Origin: Azolla caroliniana | Lineage: Eukaryota > Plantae > Polypodiophyta | Reading direction: 5' to 3' | DNA length: 64,000 bases | Assembly (NCBI GenBank): GCA_043228905.1 | Contig: JBHGNT010000015.1 | Location: 19,530,001-19,594,000 of the forward strand | In this document: positions 37,464 to 61,489 of the stretch, in pieces | Position numbering within the stretch: position 1 is the stretch's first letter | Layout: each line of letters begins with the position of its first letter | Program-made: the position numbers and the translations under genes | Notes under the pieces: model-generated | What the model was told of the DNA's origin: nothing | Databases searched by the model: none | The model's input: only the letters and a program-made list of their open reading frames with translations

Positions 37464-40122
37464 GGAATGGGCTATTTGCCCCCCCCCCCCCCTCCCAAAA
37501 AAAAAAACATAAATAAAAATAAATAAATAAACCTTTTTGGCCCCCTAAAACAATACCTTTTTAGCCCCCTATTTTGGCTATTTTGCCCCCAAATTTTTGG
37601 TAGTCCTCAACATTTTGGTTATTTTGCCCCCCAAATTTCTGGTACTTCTCAATATTTTGGCTATTTTGCCCCACAAATTTCTGGTAGTTTTGCTAATCCC
37701 CCATTTTGGCTTCACAACATGTCTCCCCGACCGTCTTCAGCTTCAATTATCAATAGAACCTTCACTGAGAGAGGGGCTCTAATCAGTTTTATCAAGGACC
37801 ATTTCCGTGCTCAAAATATAATTGTTGTGGTGGATAAGCATAGTGACAATAGAAAAGTCACTTTCAAGTGCTACTATGGGGGAAAATATCGCAACCCTCT
37901 AGGCTTGACTGACGATACTCGCAAAAGACAAACAGGGACTCGTCTAATGAACTGCCCAGTCTTCATTAGAGCAAACTTCTCGAAGAAAACGGGACAATGG
38001 ACTATTAAAAAGGCAGCTATTGTACACAATCATCCTATTTCTGACAATCTCGGTGGTATATCAACGGCTCGTAGACTAACTGATACAGAAAAAACCATTG
38101 TTCGCAACATGGCAAATGCTGGAACTGGTGCGGCTTCAACTTTGGCCTACTTGAGAGAAAAAACCAGAAATCAATGGACCACCAAGAAAGAAATCCACAA
38201 CGAAAAAGTGGTTGCAAGAGCCGAGTTTCTTGACGGGCGCTCGCCAATTCAAGCGTTATACGATGAGATCTCCACTGGCGACTTTATCTTCAATTCCAAG
38301 GTGAACTTGAACGGCTCAATCAGTGGCCTTTTCTTTTGTCATCAAAAGTCAGCAGATCTTGCCAGACGGTTCAATGTGGTATTTGTCATGGATTGCACCT
38401 ACAAAACGAATAGATTTGGCATGCCATTGCTCAACATCGTTGGAATTACAGCTACAAATAGTACGTTCAATGCTGGATTTGCGTTCATATGCAACGAGAT
38501 AGAAGCCATGTATGTTTGGGCATTGCAGTCATTCGAATTTGTGACAAAGCCATCAGTAATTGTAACTGATCGAGAACTTGCATTGATGAGTGCAATTGCT
38601 ATCGTGTTCCCTTCTACAAAGAATTTGCTTTGCATCTGGCATGTCAACAAAAACATTCTGGCCTATGCAACGTCGAAGTTTGCAAGCACTAACGACACAA
38701 ATGCCTATATGGACGACTGGAACCAGTTTCTATACTCTTCCAGCGAGCTAGATTTTGAGGCTAATTGGGCCACGTTTCAAATGAAATGGCGACCAAGTCA
38801 CGATGCGTTGGTGCAGTATGTATACAAGACTTGGTTGATTCACAAAGACAAGATTGTACGTTATTGGACTGGTCGCTTCCCTCACTTTGGAATGACCAGC
38901 ACCTCTCGCATTGAAGGCAACCATTATGTTGTCAAGAGGGTTTTAGGCATTGTTAATAACGATCTGCTCACTGTATTCAAGAAAATCCGTTTACTACTGG
39001 ACACACAACTGACAGAATTGAACACCAAAATGGAGTATGACAAGTCTACACAGGCACATCGACATGCACTCGAGTTCATGAGGCCGCTAGTAAAGAAGAT
39101 ATCCAAACACGCATTAGACAAGTTATTGGAGCAGCACAAGAAAGTTATTGACAACAATTATGGTGATGAATGTACAGGGTTGTTTCGATCAAGTTTTGGT
39201 GTCCCATGTTGTCATGACATTTTGAGATGCATCCAAAGAAATGAAAGATTCCATCTTGAAGATATTCACTGTCAATGGCACTTGATTGCGTGTTCAATGG
39301 TTCAACACGCCTCTATAGCTAAGCCATGTTTGTCTCCCAGAAAGTGTTTGATGAGGAAAATCGAGCAAAGATTGTATGAAACTGACGATGACCAGGTTGT
39401 TGTTCTCATGACATGATTGGATGAAGCAAGTCAAGCACCACTGCAGTCTCTCTCCAATCCAGTGGTGGTAACTAGGAAGCGAGGTCGCCCTGCAAGGTCG
39501 AACAAAAAGGCCAACCAAAGGGAGAAGTCACTATTTGAGTACTCTACCGGTCGCAAATGTTCCAAATGTGATCAAGCTGGTCACAATGCACGCACTTGCG
39601 ATATGCATTTGCCCCCCCATTTTGGCTATTTGCCCCTACAATACTAAGAATGTTATTGACGACGATTCCTTTTTATGTAATAGTTGATAAACCTTTTTAT
39701 GAGGTTGTAAAGTGTAATAGTTGATATATATCACAAAAACATTTTGGTTGAGGTGAGAACTATCAAAATTTTATTTTTATTTTTGTAATACCAAGAAGGT
39801 TGTATTTGACTTCCATTAATATAACTCATTTTAGCTATTTGGTACTTCACAACAACAACCAAATCACTTGACAAGCATATTTGTTCCAACAAGGTATTGT
39901 TATAAGTGTTATTGGGAAAGAAGTGTTGTAAGTTTAGCCAAAATAGGGGGGCTAAAAAGTTTTTTTTTAGGAGGCCAAAAAGGTTTTTTTTTTTTTTTGG
40001 GGGGGGGGGGGGGGGGCAAATAGCCAAAATAGGGGGCTAAAAAGTTTTTTTTTTAGGGGGCCAAAAAGGTTTATTTATTTATTTATTTTGGGGGGGGGGG
40101 GGGGGGGCAAATAGCCCATTCC
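37464..40122 (+). mobile_element. Full-length Mutator-like (MULE) DNA transposon
   Basis: TIRs GGAATGGGCTATTTGCCCCCC... / ...GGGGGGCAAATAGCCCATTCC, over 100 bp with subterminal repeats; perfect 8-bp TSD TTGATATA (37456-37463 and 40123-40130); encloses a transposase. Confidence 0.93.
37719..39647 (+). pseudogene. MULE transposase (FAR1/AFT-like DBD, DDE core, SWIM-like, AT-hook, CCHC knuckle) with one in-frame stop
   Basis: VMDCTYKTN (D), VIVTDRELAL (D), CIWH and TSRIEGNH (E) are all intact. TGA at 39414-39416 is followed in frame by RKRGRP and CSKCDQAGHNARTC. Confidence 0.9.
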
Positions 40123-41061
40123 TTGATATATCATATAAGCCTAAATCTCCATCCTCTCTTTCATTGTAATGCACAAATTAACCTTGCATCTATATACTAG
40201 TTTTAGAACAAGTTATTCATGTGCATAATAAATATGAAGCTTATGTAACTTTGTATTCGAGTGCACAAGCATTATTTAGCATAGCTTTTAAGGACACACG
40301 TGAAAACAAAGCAACCGAAAGTAGATTAATCAAATCCTTTGCTTTAAGAAGTAAAAATTTTGAAGATGTTCTAGGGAGAGACATATACTTTTTTCCTCTA
40401 TGAATGTTTTGTGTATTTTATGTGCATGATTGTGTGAACTAGAACTAGGGAACTATCTTAAAGTTACCTACATTATGTATTTATGATATTGTCATGAATG
40501 ATAGATATGTGTTCTAGAGAAGACTTATGACAGTGTTCGTGCCTAAAATGATAACCTCATCATCAAATGTGTCTGAACACAAAAAGAATATCCATGCCAT
40601 CCTAATGAAGGAATGTAAAAAATATATTATTGGTGCAAGTATCAAGTGTATGGGATACCTTTTATTACGCAACGCCTCTCCGTGGGAAGCTTGTGTTTGC
40701 TAACATTTCTCTGTCCTCGATAAACATTTATTTGTTCAATCAAGCCTCTTTTGTGTTGTTCATCTGAAGATCTAGGTGTGTTGATCTCATGGTTGAGTGC
40801 ACCTATGGTCATCCAAACAAGATTTTCGTCATCGAGAGTAAATAAATCATTCATGAAATTATATTGAATGAAGGCGCTCATTACTTACCAATATATACAC
40901 CTTAGGGGATTTTTGTTTGGTCATGAAGCCTCATCATCTCTCTCAAGCTTGCTTGAACGGATTCAAGTGTTTCAATTATCTTTGAGTACCATGAGAAGTT
41001 ATTATTTCATGTATTTTTTTTGACTCGTTGATTTTTCAAGGCCCGAACTACTTAGCTAAAA

Positions 41062-41496
41062 ATGGGGAGCATGTTCATTGAGGTGGTGAGGATATATTGT
41101 GTGACCATGGGGATGGGAGCCTTGGCTATTTTTTTCTGGGTGGTTGCAAAGCTAGTTGTTGTGTGGCAGATAGAGATGTACAGACAAAGTCAATCAATGC
41201 TCCACACGGCACTTTTAGTGGGCACTGACGTTGGTGTCATAGTGGCATTGGTGGCACTACTCATTTGGATGCCCCACGTCATCCTCACATGGACCACCAC
41301 ACTCCTTTTCTATAGCATTCGCCCACATACCTCATCTAAAAATGGTGCTACCATGGCCCGACAAATCTCAAAGTTAGCCCTCCTACACTCCCTCAAAATG
41401 GCAGAGATTGCAGCCATCATTGCCGCTATCGCCACTCTTGGAGGCCTCGTGTTGTACAACTTTGCCGCTTTTCCAACAAGCATGATGTCGAGGTAA
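41062..41496 (+). CDS. Small single-exon multi-pass membrane protein of unknown function (144 aa)
   Basis: ATG in good context (AAAATGG), GC-richer coding-like composition, about 3-4 hydrophobic helices. The P.V..TW.T.L segment recalls an uncharacterised plant transmembrane family (from memory, unverified). Confidence 0.6.
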   Translation: MGSMFIEVVRIYCVTMGMGALAIFFWVVAKLVVVWQIEMYRQSQSMLHTALLVGTDVGVIVALVALLIWMPHVILTWTTTLLFYSIRPHTSSKNGATMARQISKLALLHSLKMAEIAAIIAAIATLGGLVLYNFAAFPTSMMSR

Positions 41497-42389
41497 ACTG
41501 CAGTAAAAAGGAACCAACTCCTACATTAGGTGAACCCTGTAACCTCCATCACAATTACCCACACATGTTTATTAGCATAATGTCACTTATCAATTTGGTA
41601 ATTTGTTATTTTCAAATCCTTTGAGTGAAAAGACATGATAAATTGTATAATTCATGATGAATTACATATATATATAAATCATGGCATAAGTGTGGGCGTG
41701 AGATATGGTAATTGAAGAGAGGAGTTAAATTATAAAAACCTAAAACATATGATCTCATCAATACCATTTCAACAATCGATTTTAAATGCTAAGAGGAGGG
41801 GTGCAAGGTTCTTTTGATGGAACGGGGATTTAATAACCAACACCATCGTTGTAGCATGTAATTGGTGAAAGTGCACACTGGAACCACCTTGCAAACCAAA
41901 CCCTAGTCTTGACAAAGTTGATTGCTGAACTTTATAAAATGAACATGGGAATCACTTTCATTGAGTGTGTAAAATATGAAGCGAGTATCCCTCAATTAAG
42001 GAAATACCAAGTTTGGGGCTAAAAGTGATAGTTTCTTAGTCAAGTAACAACATGGCGACAAAGAGATGTTAATACTTTTGGTGAGGATCAAAACTACAAT
42101 GGGGGTTGTTTTAGTCCTTGATTAATAGAGGTTATAGCATTCGTCTTGCCGTGGCCAAATTAATGAACACCAAGTGCCAATTTTGTTTTATTTCAGTTCT
42201 TTTAAGCTGTAATTAGTTGACAAGTGAACTTTATGCCCCTCGTCTATGAAAGTGAGAAACATCATGAGATATGGAATGGGTTGCCATTGGTATGAATGTT
42301 AATATCATTGAGTAATGCAAGGGGTTATAGACAAAGCAAACATCAAATACTATATGTAACCAAAATGGACATGGGTCTCGTGTGGTTAG

Positions 42390-43095
42390 TAGCTATGGGT
42401 TCGGTTTCAACTCAAACTGAACCGAACCGTTAAGCGATGGTTTGTATTTTAAAACAAAAAGATACGTTTTGGTATTATAAAATCATAAGAAATTCAAAAG
42501 TTGCATTTAACTCAAACTAATTAGAACCGTTAAGCTATGGTTTATTTTTTTTAACAAAAAGATACATCTTGGTATTATAAAATCACAAGAAATACAAAAG
42601 TCGCGCTGGATAAACGAATATACCAACATATTCCATTATACTTGCATCATGGTTTATTTGATGTGTATATACAATAACCACACATTAAGGCATGGTTTAA
42701 TGGCTCCCAAAAAAATTCATGTTTTGGTTTGGTTTGGAGCATTCATAAATTGTTTGGCTTTAGTTTGGTTTGGTTCTAAAATTCGGGTTTATTTGGTTCA
42801 TAGGTTTTCGGTTAACTTTTTTTCCTCTTAATGGTTTAATTAATGTTTTTTTTATTAATTTAGTAAATTTAACTTAAATGCTTATTTAATTTAATGCATT
42901 TATGTTTATTTAGATTTCTAATTAGTTTATCGTTAGGTTAAAAAAAATTATTCAATGGTTTGGTTTGGTTTCAAGTTTTCCCTAAATGGTTTTGGTTAAA
43001 ATGGCTTGAGAGTTCATAAATGGTTTGGTTTGGTTTCAAGGCAAAGAAATCTAACTGAACCGAAATCGAATTGGGCCCAACATGTGCTCATTGAT
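42390..43095. mobile_element. Non-autonomous hAT-like element, diverged
   Basis: Both subterminal regions are reverse complements of the ends of 3855-4220 (GGTTTCAAGGCAAAGAAA; CTCAAACTGAACCGAACCGTTAAGC); internal ~100-bp duplication; TIRs decayed. Confidence 0.7.
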
Positions 43096-43269
43096 GACAT
43101 CGACACTTGAGCTACCATCCATAACAATAACACTTACTTGAATTGATTGACTTGCAAATGCCTAACTTGTTTTTGCACATTAAATCATGGTGGCTCATTC
43201 TTAGGGTTGTTGAATATAATCACTAATATTGCAATTGAAGAAGAAGAAGAACGAACGAACGAACGAAGA

Positions 43270-43500
43270 CATTTCGAATGGGACATGTTTTTCTGTACAG
43301 TGGTTGATAAAGATGCAAGACATAGGTTCATCACATGTCTGGTTGCTAAAGCCATTTGGATGGTTATATCACAGATTTGGGCATCGATAACAGGAAATAT
43401 TTTGTCACCTTTTAAGCGGGTTTTTATTTATGAGGATAAAGCTATGCCCGCACCATCATAGAAGGTCGTGTTTAACTACCTTAGGTATTGGGGGATGTGG
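43270..43500 (+). mobile_element. LINE-1-type zf-RVT relic
   Basis: FCTVVDKDARHRFITCLVAKAIWMVISQIW matches the C..C...ED..H.F..C..A..IW pattern of L1 ORF2 C-termini. Confidence 0.4.
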
Positions 43501-44809
43501 TTTAATTGTACCATAACAAATGGGTTCTTGTTTTAATGACTTAATAATGGGGTAACTTAACAACTTCGTAGGATGAAAGGGAAGTTGATTTGACAATTTT
43601 CGCAACTATGTTGTATGAAGACGTTGTCCCAAGAGGGGATAAAGGTATGCCATATAGTTTTACAACACTTGAGAGGGTTTCCCTTGCAATATCACTACTA
43701 ATGAAGTAGTGAAGATAAGAAGGGTTGGTTGTAGTATCATATGGTTTTAATACCAAACATCAATCTACAAAAATTTAAAAAAGAAGAAGAATAAAAAGCC
43801 ACCAACGAATTGGAGAACTAAAATGTGCTTCTTCCCATTTTTTTTTATTATAGGGAAGGAGGGGGGGTGCCGCAAATGTCATTACCTGAAAGTGAAAGGA
43901 GAATAGAAATATTGTCCTTGATTTGATACAGGGGTTTTGGAATCTCCACCCTCATTTATTATGTATTCTCATTTTGTTTTTTACACTTCTCCCCCTTTTC
44001 TTCACACACGTCTGCCCTTCCTCTCTCCAGTTTCTAGCTTTGGCCACGCCACATCACAACAATGTACATATCTGACATCACCACGGCACATTCAGAGGTC
44101 ACATAATGCCACGCGTCAAACATCTCAAAGTTCGTATATGCATTGCCATGTGTCAAACAAACATTCTGAGGGCTGGGAAAATCACCACGTGTGAAGCATC
44201 AACAAAAATCCAATGTCAGATGTTGCGATGTGTCCGACATCCTCGGGGGGGTGGGGTTGGATGGGTATGCCAAGCATTTAAGAGGGTGTGGCCAATGGCT
44301 ATTACCAATTTACCATGAGACAAATATGTATGTGAAGGTTGGCTGGTCGGGTAAGCATCGTGAGGTTAACGGTCTGGCCATGTGTTTGCCGATTATTGGA
44401 CGGGTGATCCTCGCAGGCAGGGAAAAACAAGGGAGAGCAGGCCATCTCCGGACTTCACTAGATAGATAGACAGATAGACAAGACAAAGACAAAGACAAGT
44501 CACTACTAAAGACACATGTCAAAAAGCATTCATTCTATGGTCTCTCTCTGTCTCTGTCTCTCTCTTAATGGACTCAATATGTTTTTCAAGAAATGAAGCT
44601 TTTTTGGCCAAATTACAAAAGTAGGCCTGCCTGATAGATGCTCTTTCAAAAAAAAAGACAAATTATGTACATGATACATCCAATGAAGAAAAGAACAGAA
44701 AAGAACAGAAAAGGAAGAAGCAGGGGAGAAATGGAGGGCTCTCAGAAGCCACTCTATGTCGACATTACCTCCCCATTCCAGAGATAGAGAGAAATAGGAT
44801 TCTGCGGGT

Positions 44810-44967
44810 ATTAGGGTTTTTGGGTCCCTCGCATTCTCTCCCAAAGTAGTAGGGTTTCAGTCTCTTACACACGCACAGACACAGACACACACACACACAA
44901 AGTAACCATCTGCAAAAATCGAAACCCTAATGCAAAGAAAGAAAGAAGTTATATTAATCGCTACCTG

Positions 44968-45013
<46 letters not shown>

Positions 45014-45250
45014 GTTACAGTCTTCTGTATCGAAACCCTAATTCAAAGATAGAATGGAATTTATATGAATGGTTACCCGAGTCAAGAGATTGAAGAGAAA
45101 AGAGAGCTAACACCTTGCATAACCCTGACTCTAATCCACAGAACAAATGAAATTTATGTTAATAGCTACTTGAATAAAGAGAAAGAAGGAGAATCTCTAG
45201 TTTTTCCAGAATTCTTTTACTCCTTCAAAAGAAGAGAGGGAGAGAGAGAG
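44810..45250 (+). promoter_or_regulatory. Telo-box and (GA)n cluster upstream of the ABCC gene
   Basis: AAACCCTAA at 44922 and 45033, reverse TAGGGTTT at about 44812 and 44850, and an (AG)~20 tract at 44971-45010. Confidence 0.5.
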
Positions 45251-45302
45251 AGAGTGATGTTGATAATGTTTTAACCTCCTCACACAGAAGAAAGAAGAGT
45301 TC

Positions 45303-57460
<12,158 letters not shown>

Positions 57461-59400
57461 CTTGCATCTAACACATTCCAGAGTATCATTCAATGTTTTG
57501 AAAATGGATGAAAGAACCCATGGCCTGCTTTAGTATTCTCCTTCATATCTGTCTTTAAAGATGTTTAGGAATCTTTATTTTTTTCTTTCTGTCTCATATC
57601 ATCTCTGTTGCATGATGTTTTTATGAATTCATTTAGGGTTCTCATTGATGGGGCATCATGTTCCAAGAAGGATCGGGTCGAGAAATCCATTGGATGACAT
57701 GACATTCAATGATGATTGGATTGAGCTTCCATCCACAAATGGTCTGTGATGCATTGCTATCAGTGTTCCAAAAGATAGCAGACATAGTCAACAAAATAAT
57801 GCTTCATCAATATGGGAGAAATGCTGTTGAGCTCATTGTTTCATCTATATTTTTTTACAACCTTGGTTGTTAACTAACTTCATCTCTATTTCTCCAAAAT
57901 AATATATAATCAAAGGAAGGTGTAAAGCTGTTGCTACATGTGGCATTTGTATATGCATCTCCACTTGTCCAAAACTACATGATGTCAAACAAAAGTAGGC
58001 AGACAACAGTGTTTCTGAAGAGTATAACTCTACAGGAAAGTTTGAAGCTAATTTTAAGTCAATATGCATCAAGTGGTTTTCTTAATTGAGGAAACGTTTG
58101 CATTTCCAAGGAATAAACTGAATAAAAAATCGAACTACAAAAGCCAAGCTTTTCCACCATGTGAACTATTATGAATTCCAAGGAATAAACCCAGTCAACA
58201 ATCAAACTACAAAAACTAAGCTTTCCCTGATAAATACAGTAGCGCTGAAAAAGCAAAATCGACTCATATATAGCATTAAAGTAAAGATGCCCCAATTGCT
58301 CACTCGGTTTGGCATAGATGTGTGTTCATGAATTGCATCTAAGGTCAATCTATCACAGCTTGTTCTTTAAATTGCAGAGAACGTGTACTAGAGAACCATA
58401 TTTAGAGTACACTAGCTTCAATGCTAGGAATTAGTAGAACATCAGTTGGAAGCTGACTATCTGAGATACCTAGTTGGCAAACTCAAGAACTTGTATGGAT
58501 GGCAACAATGTCAAATTCTTTTGTGTTGGCTCAAGTTTGTCTAATGAGGTGGGCGTTTGAGAAGAAACATAGCTCTCTTTATGTAAACATTTTGTCGATG
58601 CAAATAATGTTCTAACAATGAAATGTTGGAATCAATGACATCACTACATACTAAAATGATAGTACTAAATGTATGTTTAAAAGTTAATTAAAAAAGATTT
58701 CCCCTCTTCACTTATTAAAACAATGTAGCTATATGTGTCTCATAACTGCTTCTATGCTTAACTAGAGAGCATGTAAGTGTGCCCAAGAGAATGCACCTTC
58801 ACGACGTTGACATAAAATATGGAAACCAACAGAAGCTTACAATGTGAACCAACATGTGGGAAAAGGACAGTTTTCCTTTAATTGTCATCATATTTTCGAA
58901 GATTACACAATACGATGGTTGGAAAACCTTGAATGAATAGGGTGAAAATTAGCAAGAACCAATCAATAAGAAACTATTCTTGGACAAATGTGCTGTGACT
59001 ATTATCACCATTATATCAGAATATATCATCATTATGTGTTGTTGCAATGCCATTATTCTATGACTATTATCACCTTTGCAACTATGGTTGCATTTATTGA
59101 AAATTACAAGGAAATTGAAATTTCCAACAAGAATTATACATGATAAGTAGGAATCTGAGATGGTAAACAACATGTCTTCCCATAGTGTTTCTGAGATGAT
59201 CTTTCTACAAACGAATCTGTTAATTAGGTCACAAAAATAATTATACTTAGCTTCATGGCCAAAAACCTGAGGTTGACTCGCAATATAATTCATCCTTCTA
59301 TACACCAGCCTCTTATCAAGTTACAATTACAAAATTGTTGGAGCTATTGTTAAATTAAAATTCTAAGGCAATGAAAGAAAATGCCTTCTTACTAGAAGTG

Positions 59401-60039
59401 CTATACTTTTAACCCAAAAATTTTTGTGAGACAGTAGATTACAAGGAGGAAAAGGAGGAACGCAATTGGCTTTTTGGCCAAAAACCTCAGGTTTACCCGC
59501 CATCCTCGCCTTTGGATATGGCAGTGTAAAACTAGTAAAACACTCTTAATGGAAGAGAGAACTAAATGTGCAAGCTTGGTAGAGTAGTGGCTTGATAAAG
59601 GAGTCGCAGACGAAGACCCGGAAGCAATTCCCTTGCCCACATTATCTAAAGGTATGACATTGTCCGCACCAAGTATATGGCCCCAATTTTCTTTATTATT
59701 AGAAGTTGGGCCCAAGTCTAACCATCCATTCATGGAATCAGAGAGAAAAACTAAGCATCGTACAAGCCAAGCTACCTCAGTACTTTCAATTGGCCGCCTC
59801 ATCCAGTCCCCTTTATATTTCACATCCAACCATGCATGTTGTGACCGAGCCACAAAACCTTGAGAGCTATGACCAGTCTCAGGGTTTGAAATGACGCTGT
59901 GTGCTAACTCTGGCTGCCCAGTTATTGTGCCAAATATTATGTATCCGGTTGCCTTGATTATATCCAAATACTTACTGCATTTAGTGTATGACGTTTCTTC
60001 TTGAACCATTAAAATCTCCCTTTCCGCTCGTAATATCAA
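59401..60039 (-). CDS. Terminal exon of a sphingomyelin phosphodiesterase 4-like (At1g07970-like) gene; upstream exons not found in the window
   Basis: LILRAE...KYKGDWMRRPIESTEVAWLVR...RRGWRVNLRFLA plus a C-terminal TM helix; 3' splice site TTTAACAGAAG immediately upstream. Confidence 0.8.
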   Translation of the reverse strand: MILRAEREILMVQEETSYTKCSKYLDIIKATGYIIFGTITGQPELAHSVISNPETGHSSQGFVARSQHAWLDVKYKGDWMRRPIESTEVAWLVRCLVFLSDSMNGWLDLGPTSNNKENWGHILGADNVIPLDNVGKGIASGSSSATPLSSHYSTKLAHLVLSSIKSVLLVLHCHIQRRGWRVNLRFLAKKPIAFLLFLLVIYCLTKIFGLKV

Positions 60040-61489
60040 CTTCTGTTAAAAGACACTCAGGAATTGAACGAACTATCTTCTCGCATATATAAAAGGAGTT
60101 CTATATATCTATGCTCTAACCTTGAGGACTTTTTTACCACCACTCCCATCCATGTCAAAAAATTGTAGCTGTGGTGGTTGCATGTTGTTACTGCCAGACT
60201 CCCAATTCTGGTTCCAATAAACGGTTGGTAGTATGTCAGCAGCAAAAATATAATGAAGTTATGGGTACATATTTGTATATCAACCTTAAAAACAGAAGAA
60301 AAAATTAGGTAAAGCCACAGCAATAAAAATAGGCAAAGAACGAAATCATACACCCAGAATAAGACGTGAACAAACCCCATAACAGGAAACATTAAATAGA
60401 TAAGACACTATGTGTAAAACACAATGTGGTACATAGCTTCTTAAATGCAGCTAGACTAGACAAAATATCTTTAGAAACCAATCGGAAAAAAGGGGTGTAC
60501 TACGTCTCTAAAAAGACCATAATATCCTAACAGAGCTGACAACGATTAGAACTGTTAATGTTAACTTACCACTGCCGGTAAAAAAAAAAAAGTCTTCCAA
60601 TTTTAGCTTTCTATAAATGAAATGTTCTAGTAACTTCTTCAAAGGGCAAAAATGACCTACGGGACCAAATATATTACATCCAATGAGATCTGATGACACA
60701 ACTGATAACAAAAAAAAAATGAAGAAAACATAAATCTAATAGCTTGCATCGATTGAGAAACGCCCAAAGGACTTCTCACACTAAAAATTACACCCACAGA
60801 AATTATCTCAATAAGTTCTGCATGGAACTCTCTAGTAGGTTTCTGGTCAAGCATGATCAGCATCTCTGATGCAATTGTTTCCTAGAATGGAAGCGTCACA
60901 TAGCCGAGGGTATAGACTGTTCCAACGGCATGACTTTGTCAACGAGGTTTCCTTGAGTAGGATGTTGTAGATTTCGTGTGGATCTCAAGTTCTCCTGTGT
61001 GATCATTCTGATGAAATCAGCAATTTGGAGCTGGGTGGTAACACATAGTCTATAGATAGCCTCACTTGTGTCAAACATTGTTAGTTGCTCTGCTTTAGTT
61101 TGCGGACTAAAGTCTCTTCATAGTACCATATGAAACGGCCATACCCAAGAAAAAGATAGAATGGAAGAAGCGAATAAGAAAAGAAAAAAAAGAGAAATAA
61201 GAGAAATAAGAAAAAATTGTAATTATATTAACAAATAGAACAACGTTAATAGAATAGGGGAAGACTTGCATTCAACCATAATGGTCCATAAAAACTAGAG
61301 CACCTACTCATATTGCGTGTGTTGAGCATGGTTGAACACATACATGCTTGCCATCTCCCATCTATGCATGTTCACCGCTGGGCATTCCTATAAGCACAGC
61401 ATTTCATGATCATATATTTTTATATGAAGAAGCATTTACATGTATAAAACCCTCAGTTTCTCATTTAAAAGTCTTTGGTTCTGAATAAA

